This document shows positions 1 through 9,754 of a stretch of 61,911 nucleotides of DNA, piece after piece. The DNA comes from a virus (taxonomy: Duplodnaviria; Caudoviricetes), in the IMG/VR virus record IMGVR_UViG_3300043464_001367, positions 1 to 61,911 of that record. The stretch is one strand, 5' to 3'. A program made the position numbers and the translations under genes. Within the stretch, counting starts at the first letter, position 1. Each line of letters opens with the position of its first letter. The notes under the pieces are model-generated. The model worked only from the letters and a program-made list of their open reading frames with translations. It made no database searches and was not told the origin of the DNA.

Positions 1-150
1 ATAGCTCACAGCTTGTTTTACTTTTGGACCCACATCGAAACCATGATTGTCATCAACAAGTGATACGTTCTCATTGAGATTTTGATACTTCTGAGCCAAT
101 GATTTCTTTACTGATTCCTTGATCAAACTTTCGAGTTCTTTTACCTTCAT
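1..150 (-). CDS. Hypothetical protein running off the left edge; possible head-associated protein
   Basis: Manual translation MKVKELESLIKESVKKSLAQKYQNLNENV...; GGAG RBS and TAATTA motif (166-171) upstream; no stop before the window edge. Confidence 0.7.
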   Translation of the reverse strand, partial: MKVKELESLIKESVKKSLAQKYQNLNENVSLVDDNHGFDVGPKVKQAVSY

Positions 151-179
151 GGTTTACTCCAGAGGTAATTATGCTTTTG

Positions 180-749
180 TCAATCAACACAAGCATTAAG
201 AACTGTAATTGTAAATGAATCAAGCATTTGAGGGTCTTTTAGATCTTCAATATCAATCTCTGGGATGATTGGTGCGGGAACCAGTTTGCCTCCCACATCT
301 ATCATTTCTGGCGGATTCTTTGGTGCTTTTGATTTGTAAGTGGATCTGATGGGGCTCACCACACTTACTCTTAACTCTGTTTTTGGCAACTCATCATTCT
401 GAACAATGAGCATGTTGCGAATCCTTCCTCTTGGAACTCCTTTCAACCAACTTGGTTGTGGTGTTTTTGGAAGTTCGTTTTTCTTCAAAGGGGTAAAGAG
501 GGTTGTGTGTTCAAGAATTGTCAGAATGGCACTGTTAACTTCAATCACGTTTGCTGGCTGAAGCGTTTTCACAAACAAGATGTCAGCAGCGTGCAAAACA
601 ACTTCATTCAATGTGTCATACCAATCAACAACCCTTTCAGAAAAAGAAGGGCCTCCAACACCTTGTGTGGACTCGTATGGATTCACACCAGTTTCTCTGT
701 TTACAAAATTGCCTGGTATTCTAGACCAAAATAATTGCCTGTTATTCAT
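180..749 (-). CDS. Truncated major capsid protein paralogue (isolated C-terminal/A-domain-like region)
   Basis: LFWSRIPGNFVNRETG..GPSFSERVVDWYDTLNEVVLHAADILFVKTL..TILEH aligns by eye to MCP LFWSRAPGRIVNKFTG..GPQFFGNVREWYETLMETITDAANTIHKKTL..TILEH. Confidence 0.8.
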   Translation of the reverse strand: MNNRQLFWSRIPGNFVNRETGVNPYESTQGVGGPSFSERVVDWYDTLNEVVLHAADILFVKTLQPANVIEVNSAILTILEHTTLFTPLKKNELPKTPQPSWLKGVPRGRIRNMLIVQNDELPKTELRVSVVSPIRSTYKSKAPKNPPEMIDVGGKLVPAPIIPEIDIEDLKDPQMLDSFTITVLNACVD

Positions 750-784
750 GGCAAAATTGTTTTGCTCAAAACACCAAATGGCTA

Positions 785-816
785 AAGCCCTGGTTGCTTT
801 TCAGCAACCAGGGCTT
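785..816 (-). terminator. Stem-loop after MCP (probable intrinsic terminator or stabiliser)
   Basis: Perfect 14-bp stem AAGCCCTGGTTGCT/AGCAACCAGGGCTT with GAAA loop on the minus strand; only a short U tract. Confidence 0.7.
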
Positions 817-853
817 CAGGTGCTAGATAGCCCTAGCTGGCATTGGATCTTTA

Positions 854-2767
854 TCAGATCAAGTTCATGTCAAGCACAGTTACGGTTGCGTAGAAGTCGG
901 CTCTCACCATCTTCTTACCGTATCTGGTCATCACACCCTTGCGAGGTGTGAAGTCTTCCTGTGCATAGATCACAGGAGTCAAGATCAGAGGCACATATGG
1001 TGCGTAGATATAACCGGACTCAAGGAAGGTGTTACCCTTCAAACCGATCAAGATCTTGTTGCTTGGGAAGTAAGGGTCTTTGTAGACAACATATCTGTTG
1101 TTCAAAGTACCGATTGCTTCTGCACCAATCGTCATGCTATCCTTCACTTGACCATCAGAGTCAACCTTGTAGGCTGGCTTGTAGGCAACCAAGTGCTCCA
1201 AGATAGTTGCCACATCAGGAGAGGTAACCATGAAGTTACCCGAACCACGAAGGGTCTTCTTGTGGATGGTGTTTGCAGCGTCAGTGATGGTTTCCATCAA
1301 AGTCTCGTACCATTCACGCACGTTTCCGAAGAACTGTGGTCCTGGTGAAAGAACGTTGTTGTGAAGAGCCTCTTGACCTGTGAACTTGTTCACGATACGA
1401 CCTGGGGCACGGCTCCAGAACAAGTTTGCTGCGCTTGCTTGAGTCAACAAGTCGTTCAAGATCTCTCTGTCAATATCAAGAGTGATCATCTCACTCAAGA
1501 TGTTGGTCAGTTCCACTTCCACGTCAATGGAGTAGAAAGCTGTAAGATCCTGTGCCATTTCTGGCGACCAACGTGCTCTCAGCTTACGAGTAGTAGCTGT
1601 CACTGCAACTGAATCAATCTTGATGTCCACTTCTGGAATCTTTGGAGACGAATCAATTGCGAAGTCTGTTTCAAACGATGGAATCGTAAGAGTGGTTCCT
1701 TCTGCACCAACCGACAACGCATCAGAGATGGCTGCCGAGCCAGTGATTCTGGTTCCTGCCGAGCCAGCAGGCTGTGGAGCCGTACCAGCGTTAGCAACTG
1801 CCACAACAAACATGATGTGGGTTCCACCGAGTGGGTTTGAAGTAAAGATACCAGTGGATGGGTTCCAATCGCCACGCTTGTTAAGCTTGCGAAGGTTCAA
1901 AACGCCTTCTCCACCTTGGAAGTTGTCACCCCAAGCTTGTGCAGAGTTTGCAGCAGAACCGAAACCAATCAAGGAGATCTGGTCAAGGTTTGTTAGATCA
2001 GCACCAACAATGTTCGTTGTAACGGTTGAAGCCGATACGAACACGAAGGTATAATCAAGTGTTCCCTGAGTAACTGCGTTTTCAACACCTGAGTCGTAAC
2101 CAACAAAACGTGCGTTGTATCCAAGGTAGTCCGAAGATGTTCTCACAACTGCGCCTGTACCTGTGGTCCAAACAGAACCAGACAGCCAGTAACCAACAGA
2201 GTCGGTCGAGCCGTTCATTGCTGTAGAACCCTTGTGAACCTTGGAGAATCCAGTACCAACAAGGTCGTACTGTCCACCTGTTGCCAACGAACCAGAACGG
2301 ATTGCGTTTCCGGTTGGAGCATTGTATACTGAGGTTCCACGCTTGTAAGTCTCAGCAGTTGCCGAGTTGGACAAGCCCAAACCTGCATCACCACCAACGT
2401 TTGATCCGTAGGTGTAGTCCAAATAGAAAAGCAGACCCGAAGGCAAGCTCATTGGCTGAACAGACACAACTTCGTTTGCGACCAAACCTGCAAACACACG
2501 ACGAACGATTGGGAATGCCACGTTCGAAAAACCAGCGATCTGACCCGAAGAGGTCAATGCTGCTCCACCTGTCGAGATGGAGTTGCTTTCCTGAATAAGC
2601 TGGGCGGTCTGGTTCTCCAGAAGGCGAGCCATTGTCTCCTTCTGCATTCCGCGCATTCCTTCCAAGAGGCCAGTTGCGGACCACTTGTTGAGAAGTCTTG
2701 GGGCATCTGCGCCCAAACTACGACGGTTTACACCTTCCGCCAATTGTGATAGAGTAAAAGTCTTCAT
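854..2767 (-). CDS. gp23: Major capsid protein, T4 gp23-like
   Basis: gp23 motifs KWSATGLLEG, LLENQ, FPIVRRVF, VSVQPM, TRKLRARWSPEMAQDL, YAPYVPL, FTPRKGVMTRYG; position after scaffold and protease. Confidence 0.95.
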   Translation of the reverse strand: MKTFTLSQLAEGVNRRSLGADAPRLLNKWSATGLLEGMRGMQKETMARLLENQTAQLIQESNSISTGGAALTSSGQIAGFSNVAFPIVRRVFAGLVANEVVSVQPMSLPSGLLFYLDYTYGSNVGGDAGLGLSNSATAETYKRGTSVYNAPTGNAIRSGSLATGGQYDLVGTGFSKVHKGSTAMNGSTDSVGYWLSGSVWTTGTGAVVRTSSDYLGYNARFVGYDSGVENAVTQGTLDYTFVFVSASTVTTNIVGADLTNLDQISLIGFGSAANSAQAWGDNFQGGEGVLNLRKLNKRGDWNPSTGIFTSNPLGGTHIMFVVAVANAGTAPQPAGSAGTRITGSAAISDALSVGAEGTTLTIPSFETDFAIDSSPKIPEVDIKIDSVAVTATTRKLRARWSPEMAQDLTAFYSIDVEVELTNILSEMITLDIDREILNDLLTQASAANLFWSRAPGRIVNKFTGQEALHNNVLSPGPQFFGNVREWYETLMETITDAANTIHKKTLRGSGNFMVTSPDVATILEHLVAYKPAYKVDSDGQVKDSMTIGAEAIGTLNNRYVVYKDPYFPSNKILIGLKGNTFLESGYIYAPYVPLILTPVIYAQEDFTPRKGVMTRYGKKMVRADFYATVTVLDMNLI

Positions 2768-2800
2768 GATTTCTCCGAATATTTCCTATATTCTTTTTTC

Positions 2801-2806
2801 TAAGTA
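2801..2806 (-). promoter_or_regulatory. TACTTA putative late promoter for MCP
   Basis: Same TANTTA motif recurs upstream of many structural genes in the window. Confidence 0.6.
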
Positions 2807-2810
2807 GAGG

Positions 2811-5015
2811 CTACTTGCGCCTAATTCCAGCCAATTCCATCAAACGGTTTCTCTCAGCTTCCACAAGAACTGCACCTTCGTAGAGATTCTCAGCATTAGC
2901 TGACTCGTTGAGGGTTGCTGCGCCAGCACCAGCAGGTCTTGAAGAAGAACCAACCTTTGCCTTTGCCTTCTGTGCGTTCTCCAAAACCGCCTTCACTCTC
3001 GTGTAGATGGTCTTGACTTCATTGACTGTCTTGCCTCTGTCCAAATACTCCACAATTTTCTGCTTCTGCTCTTTGGTCAGATTTCTGTTGTTCAAGAAAG
3101 GCTGTAGATGCACAACCTTTGCGTTGAAAAGTGTCTGCTCCGCAAGTTGTGACTTGAGATTCTTGTTCTCAGTCAATGTGCGGTTCTTTGCTGCTTGACG
3201 ACCACGACGAACTCTTTCGGAAAGAGGCAGCTTGGTGTCTTCCTCATCTTCCTTGTCAAAATCCATGTCTGGTTCATCCGAACCCATTGGCGACGAGCTA
3301 GAAGCTCCAAGTCTACCAAGGTCAGATTCACCAGCATCGTCATCTGAATCACCAAGATCCATATAAGGAGCATCGTGACCCGAAGATCCTAGATCAGAGG
3401 TTGGCTCATCATCGTCAACAATCTCAATCTCATCATCGTCAACAATCTCAATCTCATCATCAGGACCAAGATCACCAAGACCACCAACAAGATCAGAAAG
3501 ATCAAAGTTGAAGTTGATCACAGTGTCATCTTCGCCCATCACACTCTTTGAAGCACTAGATCCTGGGAGGTCGTTTCCTTCCATCTCCATACCTGCACCA
3601 CCACACCCTTTAAGCTGTTCCTTCAAAGCAGCAATCTGCTTGCGCAGGTTCTCTGCTTTGATCTTGGCAGTACGCTTATTCAAAGCTTTGCCATTAACAG
3701 CAACTTCTGAAACACCCTGAACATAGGAAGCTGGGTTGGATGGACCGCCTGCTGGGGTCTTTGTTACATCAACTTCGCCAACCTTCTTATTAGGAATGGT
3801 TGAAGCAGCACCAGCAAGGTTCTGCTTTCCTTCATCATCAGCAAGTGACTCGCCCTCTGACTCAGAGATCAAGTTCTTCAAGTCTTCTTCCAGTTTAGCT
3901 AGAGCAGCAGCCTCAGTCTTAAGAGTAACAGTTGGTTCTGTTACCTTCTGTGCGTGTGTTCCAGCCTTGTCAGCAGCCGCATCGTTAGCGTTCTGGACAG
4001 TCATTGTTTTTTCAGTCTTGAAACTATCTGCTGGGGATGTGACTGATCCACCTTCAATGGTGTCACTCTCCAAAAGCATCTTCGCTGCGAATTCTTTTAG
4101 CGACTTACTTGCCATGTCAGTACCTTTTGTTCCTTCATAAGTATTAAACAAAACTGCTTCTTGCAGTTTTAGGTGCAAAATCTCCAATCTGTTCTCCAAT
4201 ATTTGAGCAAGATTCTCAGAGATTGTTCTTTTTTCTGCCAGATCCTCTACCTTTTCCAAGAGTTGAAACAGCTTGTCCTGCAAGGCTTCTTTAACCAAGG
4301 AAGTAACTCCGGTTGTTTTGTAAGCCTTGTGGACTCTTTTAGCGGTTTGCTCCAACTCTTCCGAGAAGAGTTCATATGTTTCAAGCTGTGGTTCTTGCTT
4401 TGGTTCTTCTTGACCAGTCAGTTGAAGTGCTTCACCTTCACCCGGAACAGCTTCAGCACCACCAACAGCAGAGACAGAAGTGCCAGAAGGTGCAGGGTTC
4501 ACATCAACAGGTGTTGGCGAAGGCAAACCACCAGGAATTTCTGGGGTCACTTCTGCGGAAGCTGGTCCTTCTTCACCAGCAGCAACACCAGCCTCTTCAC
4601 CTGGCTCAGATGGAATAAACAAGTCATCAAAATCAACAACAAGCTTTCCATCAGCACCAGGCATCGGCATGTTCAGACTGTCAGCACCAGTTACTTGAAT
4701 AGGGGCATCTGTTGGCCCACCAGTAACCGTAGCGGCTCCAATAGGAGGATCTGTGGCTGGTGGTACAGTTGCGACGGCATCTGGCATTCCAGAGGCATCT
4801 GCGGGCATCTGTGCTTGATTCATGGATGGATCAGGAACCAACCCAGTTCTATCTTCCTCTTCGTAAAGAATGGAGCTTTGTTTTCCTGCTAGGGAACTTG
4901 CAATCATCTTGCGGATATAAGGAGTTATTTCTTCAACAATTGCTTGTTTAGCATCAGCTTCAGCAATTTCCTTGAGTTTCTTGGCTTCTACAAGGGCTTC
5001 TTCGTACAACGACAT
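2811..5015 (-). CDS. Prohead core/scaffolding protein (gp22-like)
   Basis: Acidic, low-complexity, coiled-coil 734 aa protein directly upstream of MCP; C-terminal LFNAKV..LTKEQKQKIVEYLD..ERNRLMELAGI; many L/I-x-E potential protease sites. Confidence 0.75.
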   Translation of the reverse strand: MSLYEEALVEAKKLKEIAEADAKQAIVEEITPYIRKMIASSLAGKQSSILYEEEDRTGLVPDPSMNQAQMPADASGMPDAVATVPPATDPPIGAATVTGGPTDAPIQVTGADSLNMPMPGADGKLVVDFDDLFIPSEPGEEAGVAAGEEGPASAEVTPEIPGGLPSPTPVDVNPAPSGTSVSAVGGAEAVPGEGEALQLTGQEEPKQEPQLETYELFSEELEQTAKRVHKAYKTTGVTSLVKEALQDKLFQLLEKVEDLAEKRTISENLAQILENRLEILHLKLQEAVLFNTYEGTKGTDMASKSLKEFAAKMLLESDTIEGGSVTSPADSFKTEKTMTVQNANDAAADKAGTHAQKVTEPTVTLKTEAAALAKLEEDLKNLISESEGESLADDEGKQNLAGAASTIPNKKVGEVDVTKTPAGGPSNPASYVQGVSEVAVNGKALNKRTAKIKAENLRKQIAALKEQLKGCGGAGMEMEGNDLPGSSASKSVMGEDDTVINFNFDLSDLVGGLGDLGPDDEIEIVDDDEIEIVDDDEPTSDLGSSGHDAPYMDLGDSDDDAGESDLGRLGASSSSPMGSDEPDMDFDKEDEEDTKLPLSERVRRGRQAAKNRTLTENKNLKSQLAEQTLFNAKVVHLQPFLNNRNLTKEQKQKIVEYLDRGKTVNEVKTIYTRVKAVLENAQKAKAKVGSSSRPAGAGAATLNESANAENLYEGAVLVEAERNRLMELAGIRRK
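3405..3461. repeat. 24-bp tandem repeat (about 2.4 copies) encoding DDEIEIVD
   Basis: CTCATCATCGTCAACAATCTCAAT twice plus CTCATCATC. Confidence 0.95.
4138..4143 (-). promoter_or_regulatory. Internal TACTTA motif upstream of an in-frame ATG (4115) in the scaffold gene
   Basis: Minus strand reads TAATACTTATGAAGGAACAAAAGGTACTGAC-ATG. Confidence 0.5.
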
Positions 5016-5029
5016 GTAAACCTCTATGA

Positions 5030-5524
5030 TTATCTAGGAGTAGAACGGCCAAAAATCAGGTTGCCAATTCTTTGGCGAGCAACATTGACCGATGTGCTCG
5101 ATGGAGATGCCAAGTTGTTACCAACTCCATATCCACCACTTCCTCTGCGAATCAACGAAGGATCAATGGTTGGAATGTTTCTTGGGTTCAAACCAGGACC
5201 AGGAGAAGCTGGTGTTGGAGAATAAGGAGTTCCAGGCAAACCACCACCACCTACCACAACAGTCGAAAGATCTGGCGCATCAGCATAGTCAAGGTTAACC
5301 AACCCAAAGGTGTGGCCACCGTCGTTGATTGGAGAAGTGTTGACTTCTTCATACTTTGCAACAACCTGATCATCTCCATAAGATCCGTCATAAGCAGGAG
5401 AGCCTGGATACATCGCTCTCATTGCTGCATAATCAGCACTACCTGGAGCAAAAACACCAAGACCGATGGTAGCTCTACCGCCTCTTGCGCTTGGCAATGT
5501 CAAAAGTTGTCTGTGTGATGGCAT
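5030..5524 (-). CDS. Pro/Gly-rich hypothetical protein in head module
   Basis: 164 aa ORF with AAGGA RBS and TAATTA (5552-5557) upstream. Confidence 0.7.
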   Translation of the reverse strand: MPSHRQLLTLPSARGGRATIGLGVFAPGSADYAAMRAMYPGSPAYDGSYGDDQVVAKYEEVNTSPINDGGHTFGLVNLDYADAPDLSTVVVGGGGLPGTPYSPTPASPGPGLNPRNIPTIDPSLIRRGSGGYGVGNNLASPSSTSVNVARQRIGNLIFGRSTPR

Positions 5525-5554
5525 ATAGAGTTCCTTTTACCTTCTTTTAGGTAA

Positions 5555-6010
5555 TTATTGTCCATTTGAGTTTTTGTTGGTTCCAGCAAAAGCCAGTTGT
5601 GCCCAGCGTTCATTTGCTGCAAACAAACCAAGCTGTGCTTGGTCAAACGCCTTCTCTTCTGGCAACACAGCGCCTTCCATCAAAGCTCCGCCGCCTGTCA
5701 TCTGGTTGGCAAGTTGTTTCTGCAACGTTGTCTTTGCGGTGTCTGCTATGATGTTTTGAAACAAAGCTGCTTTCTTTGGGTCACCTTTGGTAACCAAGTG
5801 AGTTGTCAGCCTGACTGCTTCATTGAGTCGAGTGTTTGGAGTTACATCGTTCGATTCAAGAGACTCAACAACCTCATTCAGTTTAGAACTTGGAGCAGTT
5901 CTAACTCCTGGTTGCTGACCTCCTTGAAAAATCTTTCCTTCTTGAACAAGCTCAAGAATGCATTCTTTAAGCATTGTTTTGAATTCATCTCTTTTGAGCT
6001 TCATAGTCAT
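5555..6010 (-). CDS. Hypothetical head-module protein
   Basis: 151 aa ORF directly downstream of the protease; N-terminus MKLKRDEFKTMLKECILE. Confidence 0.7.
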   Translation of the reverse strand: MTMKLKRDEFKTMLKECILELVQEGKIFQGGQQPGVRTAPSSKLNEVVESLESNDVTPNTRLNEAVRLTTHLVTKGDPKKAALFQNIIADTAKTTLQKQLANQMTGGGALMEGAVLPEEKAFDQAQLGLFAANERWAQLAFAGTNKNSNGQ

Positions 6011-6012
6011 GA

Positions 6013-6630
6013 TTACTTTCTGCGAAGAGACAGGACATCGTTAACAACTCGATCAAGCCTATCTGATTTGCTAAATAGGCCCCTGAGTTCTTCATCGGTA
6101 TATGACTTTGCTTCTTGCATCAAGAAGGCGCCATGTGTGGAAGGTTCTGAAACAATGTCCCAACAAACAAGAAACAGGTCTTCCTGAACCATGTTTGCAT
6201 CGCCAACTTTTTGTACGGTTCCAAGAGCACGAGAAGAGATGCCCACCTTGATGTCGTTCTTGAACAGAGCCTTGAGGTTTCTACCTTCTGTCATGTCTTC
6301 AAGAACTTCAATCTCTCCCCAGAGGTCGTCTTTATCCCACCAGATGTCCGTGATAACATGTGAGACTTTCTGAAGGTTCACAACAGGAGAGTCTGCATGA
6401 TCCAGTTCTCCGGTTGCTCTTCTCTCTCGAATCATCGTCATGTAGTTTTTAACTTCACGTTCAAGAATGGGCCTTGGATAGATTCTTCCGTTCTGGTTCA
6501 GAGCGTTTGCCCTCTGAATAATGCCACGAACCAACAGGTTTCCATATTTTGACAACCGAGGTTTTCCTTCGTTGTCAAGTTCTTTTTCATATTCAAAGTT
6601 TGCGAACTCTTGTAGCAAAAGCTTACTCAT
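6013..6630 (-). CDS. gp21: Prohead protease, T4 gp21-like
   Basis: NQNGRIYPRPIL, GELDH, VSHVIT, GISSRALG, WDIVSEPSTHGA motifs. Confidence 0.93.
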   Translation of the reverse strand: MSKLLLQEFANFEYEKELDNEGKPRLSKYGNLLVRGIIQRANALNQNGRIYPRPILEREVKNYMTMIRERRATGELDHADSPVVNLQKVSHVITDIWWDKDDLWGEIEVLEDMTEGRNLKALFKNDIKVGISSRALGTVQKVGDANMVQEDLFLVCWDIVSEPSTHGAFLMQEAKSYTDEELRGLFSKSDRLDRVVNDVLSLRRK

Positions 6631-7480
6631 TGGTTAGCTCCTCATTCAGCTTAGAAACAGTCATGTAAAAAGTAACCATCTGATCATCCAGCTTTGTGGT
6701 GTCTCGATAGTCTTCATTGAGCATGGTTCGCACTTCATGAAGTTTCGTTGCAACCTTCTTGATGTCCGTACCACTCTCCAGAGCTTTGTTGATCCCAGTC
6801 AGAACCTCTTGACGCAAACCCTCAAGCAAACCAGAAAGATCTGCTTTGATAGCAACATCGTCTTTTGAAAACACATAAAGCTGCAAAATCCTCTTCTGGC
6901 TTTCATTCAACACAGAGTTGAACTTCTTGTTCAGCTTCTCAGTCACAACCAATCCATCCACATCCTGGTTGGTCATCTGTAGAACATCTTTGTTTTCTTG
7001 AATGGCATCCTTGGAAGTAATAAGTTGAATCAGCTTGTCTTCCAACTGTGCAGACTCACTCAGGTGCTCTGTGAGAACACCGCCTCGCCAATAGTTCATC
7101 AGAACTTGGATGGTGGCGTAATCTCGATAGCTTGGAACCTCTTGGTTGAAAAAGTTTGGATCTCCAAGATAAACATTCACCTCATGAAGCAAGGCGCTTT
7201 TTTCCAAGTCAACCTTGGCTTGTGACTGAAGTTTACAACCATGTTTCACTTGTTCGATCAGTGTCACAGCAGCATTGCGTGAAGCAAGTCTTGTCTCCAA
7301 CAAAGCATTGAACATCTTCAGTTCTCTGTGGAGATCTGTTCCCTGGTGAAAATGTTTGGTGAAGAGCTCTTTCGCTTTGGCAAGATCTCCATCTCTTTTC
7401 TCAATAATGGCTTTAGCCATATAACGAGCAAAGAACTCATTTAACAATCCTGCGTTTCGCTTTTTGTTGTGTTTCAACAT
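6623..7480 (-). CDS. Hypothetical head morphogenesis protein
   Basis: 285 aa ORF between portal and protease starting KHNKKRNAGLLNEF; TAATTA upstream (7513-7518). Confidence 0.7.
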   Translation of the reverse strand: MLKHNKKRNAGLLNEFFARYMAKAIIEKRDGDLAKAKELFTKHFHQGTDLHRELKMFNALLETRLASRNAAVTLIEQVKHGCKLQSQAKVDLEKSALLHEVNVYLGDPNFFNQEVPSYRDYATIQVLMNYWRGGVLTEHLSESAQLEDKLIQLITSKDAIQENKDVLQMTNQDVDGLVVTEKLNKKFNSVLNESQKRILQLYVFSKDDVAIKADLSGLLEGLRQEVLTGINKALESGTDIKKVATKLHEVRTMLNEDYRDTTKLDDQMVTFYMTVSKLNEELTNE

Positions 7481-7515
7481 TCCGGTGATTCCTGCGCCTT
7501 TATGTCAGCAAATAA

Positions 7516-9663
7516 TTAGTCCGCAGAATTCGAGATATTATGATTGTTTGCTTCAGAGTCTTCGCTATCTTTCAGATCAAGACCTAGCGATGCCAACTCG
7601 CTCAACTGTGGAACGTTGAACGACTCATTCAAAACCCTTGGTTTATTGTCATTTTCTTCCACTAGCAACTGATCCAAGGCATGGTCCAGAACATCTTGTT
7701 CTTTTTCATCCTCTCCTTCTTTCAAGAGGTGGATGTCAAGAGGAAGTTCGTTTCTCAAGATTTTGTTTCGGCGTTCAAAGTTTTCTAGCATTGAACGCAT
7801 CTCCTTTGACAGATAGGCATCCTTTGTGATTCCAACTTTCAGATCTCGCTTGATGGCTTCTGAAAGTGGGTTTTTCAAGAACTCTGTGTCATAAACGTCA
7901 GAAAGAGACTTGTTTCTTTTTGGATTCAGCATTCTTCTGAAGTCTGGTTGATCGGATTGCATCTCAAGTGAAGATCTTCTTCTGTCTTGATTGCGTTTAT
8001 CCATTTTCACTTGAGGGTTGTCTTTGATAGGCAACTCTCCATCTCCCAAGCTGAAGTTCAAAGCATCCGAGTTGTCTGTTTGAATAGGTGAGGAACCATC
8101 ACCAGCAGGCTGACCTGGAGTTGTTTGAGTTGGTGAATAACCTGAAGGTGCCATTCCACTTGGGGGCTGATAAGAAGTGGTATCGAACGGGTCAACCGTG
8201 TTTTCCCCGGTGTCATCAATCGTGTTGATTGAATCAAGCTCAACAGCAAACTTCTTGTCAGCTTTTAGTTGATCCTTCAACCCTGCGATCTCATCCTCAG
8301 TAAACCCAAGAATCTCTTTGTACAGCCAACTCATTGGCAGGAATCTTGTTTCGATGCTGTCAACCGAGGCAATGATGTCAATCTTTGTCTTCCAGAGATC
8401 AAGCTTCTGTTGAAGTGCAATTGTTGATGGGTTGGAAAGACGTAGTTCAAAATCAATCAGGTCTTCTCCATCAAATCCTTTTGCATAAAGGTGAAGTATC
8501 GCAAGCTTGTTGAGTTCTGCGATCACAATCTTCTGGAGGATCTGGATAGTTCGAGAAAACCTGATGTCTTCTTGAGCTAGTGTAGCTTTGGAAGAAAGCA
8601 TGTCATCATAGCCAAGATAGGCTTTTGGTACACCAAGAGCAGAAAAAAGCTGTGATTCAATGATCTGAATGTCTTCTGTGGCTGTTTGATGAGTTCCACC
8701 TGAGAGTGTGTCGATCTTTGTTCCGCTGTTAGCTCCTCTTACTGGAACAACATAGTCTTCAAGAACATCGGTTGGGTTGAATCTTTCATCCAGCCGCCCG
8801 TTGCTCTTATCAACGGCCATGTTTCCTCTGATGGTTGACATCACCGTCTGCATGTAGTTTGGAATGTCGTTAGGCGCCACAGTTCCAACATCCACATAGA
8901 ACACTCTTCTCTCAGGAGAACGAACCAAGCGGTAAACCAACATGGCATCCAACATCATCACATACTGTCGCCAGATTCGACGTGCTGCTTCAAGGATGCT
9001 AGTTCCATAAGGGTTGAATCTGTCATTGCCAAGAATTCTGAAATGCGTTACTTGCCAGTTTTCAAGTTCTTTCGTGCCCATCTTGTGCCACTTGAAACGA
9101 ACAGCATAAGGATCATTCGAGTCAAATCCCTCATCTCGTTCGACTTCGTTGACATTCATTGCCATCACATTGACAACACCAACCCCAGGAGCCACTTCGT
9201 TATAGAGGAAGAAGTCTCCATACTTGATCAGGTTTCTAATCCAGACACGAAGGTTGAAATCTACATTAAGGATGTCATAGAACAGTTCTTCCAGGGTTTC
9301 CTTCACTCTGGCATTGTCTGAGTAGATGTGAAAGTTCTTTCCGTTCTCATCACCCGAGCAAGCTTCGTCAGCTTGAACGTCAAGAGCCTTGCTGATGATC
9401 GGAGTGTATTCCATCTCAGCAAACTCCATATAACGAGTCATTCGAGACATCATATCTGCGCCACCAAGCATGTTGAATGGCGAGTTCTGTGAGGTTCCTT
9501 TTCTAAATGGCAGTGCCCCCATCCCATTCTTGTTGGCTAGGGCTGCTTGTTTGTCATAGTAGCCAGTGTCGTCATAACCTTTGATTTTACGACGGATTGA
9601 AGGGCCTGATCTGAACAGGCGCGTCAAACGTGTATAAAATGATTCGTCTCGAAATTGTGCCAT
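7516..9663 (-). CDS. gp20: Portal protein, T4 gp20-like
   Basis: PYGTSILEAARRIWRQ, MLVYRLVRSPERRVFYVDVG, EDYVVPVRG, KIDTLSGG, ALGVPKAYL, QEDIRFSRTI motifs. Confidence 0.95.
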   Translation of the reverse strand: MAQFRDESFYTRLTRLFRSGPSIRRKIKGYDDTGYYDKQAALANKNGMGALPFRKGTSQNSPFNMLGGADMMSRMTRYMEFAEMEYTPIISKALDVQADEACSGDENGKNFHIYSDNARVKETLEELFYDILNVDFNLRVWIRNLIKYGDFFLYNEVAPGVGVVNVMAMNVNEVERDEGFDSNDPYAVRFKWHKMGTKELENWQVTHFRILGNDRFNPYGTSILEAARRIWRQYVMMLDAMLVYRLVRSPERRVFYVDVGTVAPNDIPNYMQTVMSTIRGNMAVDKSNGRLDERFNPTDVLEDYVVPVRGANSGTKIDTLSGGTHQTATEDIQIIESQLFSALGVPKAYLGYDDMLSSKATLAQEDIRFSRTIQILQKIVIAELNKLAILHLYAKGFDGEDLIDFELRLSNPSTIALQQKLDLWKTKIDIIASVDSIETRFLPMSWLYKEILGFTEDEIAGLKDQLKADKKFAVELDSINTIDDTGENTVDPFDTTSYQPPSGMAPSGYSPTQTTPGQPAGDGSSPIQTDNSDALNFSLGDGELPIKDNPQVKMDKRNQDRRRSSLEMQSDQPDFRRMLNPKRNKSLSDVYDTEFLKNPLSEAIKRDLKVGITKDAYLSKEMRSMLENFERRNKILRNELPLDIHLLKEGEDEKEQDVLDHALDQLLVEENDNKPRVLNESFNVPQLSELASLGLDLKDSEDSEANNHNISNSAD

Positions 9664-9754
9664 CTGTTTTCCTAAGAATTGAGTTTATTTCATTTTTTGT
9701 CTGATCGGCAAGAAACAACTCATTGCCTTTTAAGGGCAATTTAGCCATAATTAG

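Noticed and set aside
1690-2410. Intein in the MCP insertion
   Set aside because: No recognisable splice-junction (C/S...HN-C/S/T) or LAGLIDADG motifs.
3405-3461. Tandem repeat as a regulatory or array element
   Set aside because: In-frame 24-bp duplication in a low-complexity acidic scaffold linker; ordinary slippage.
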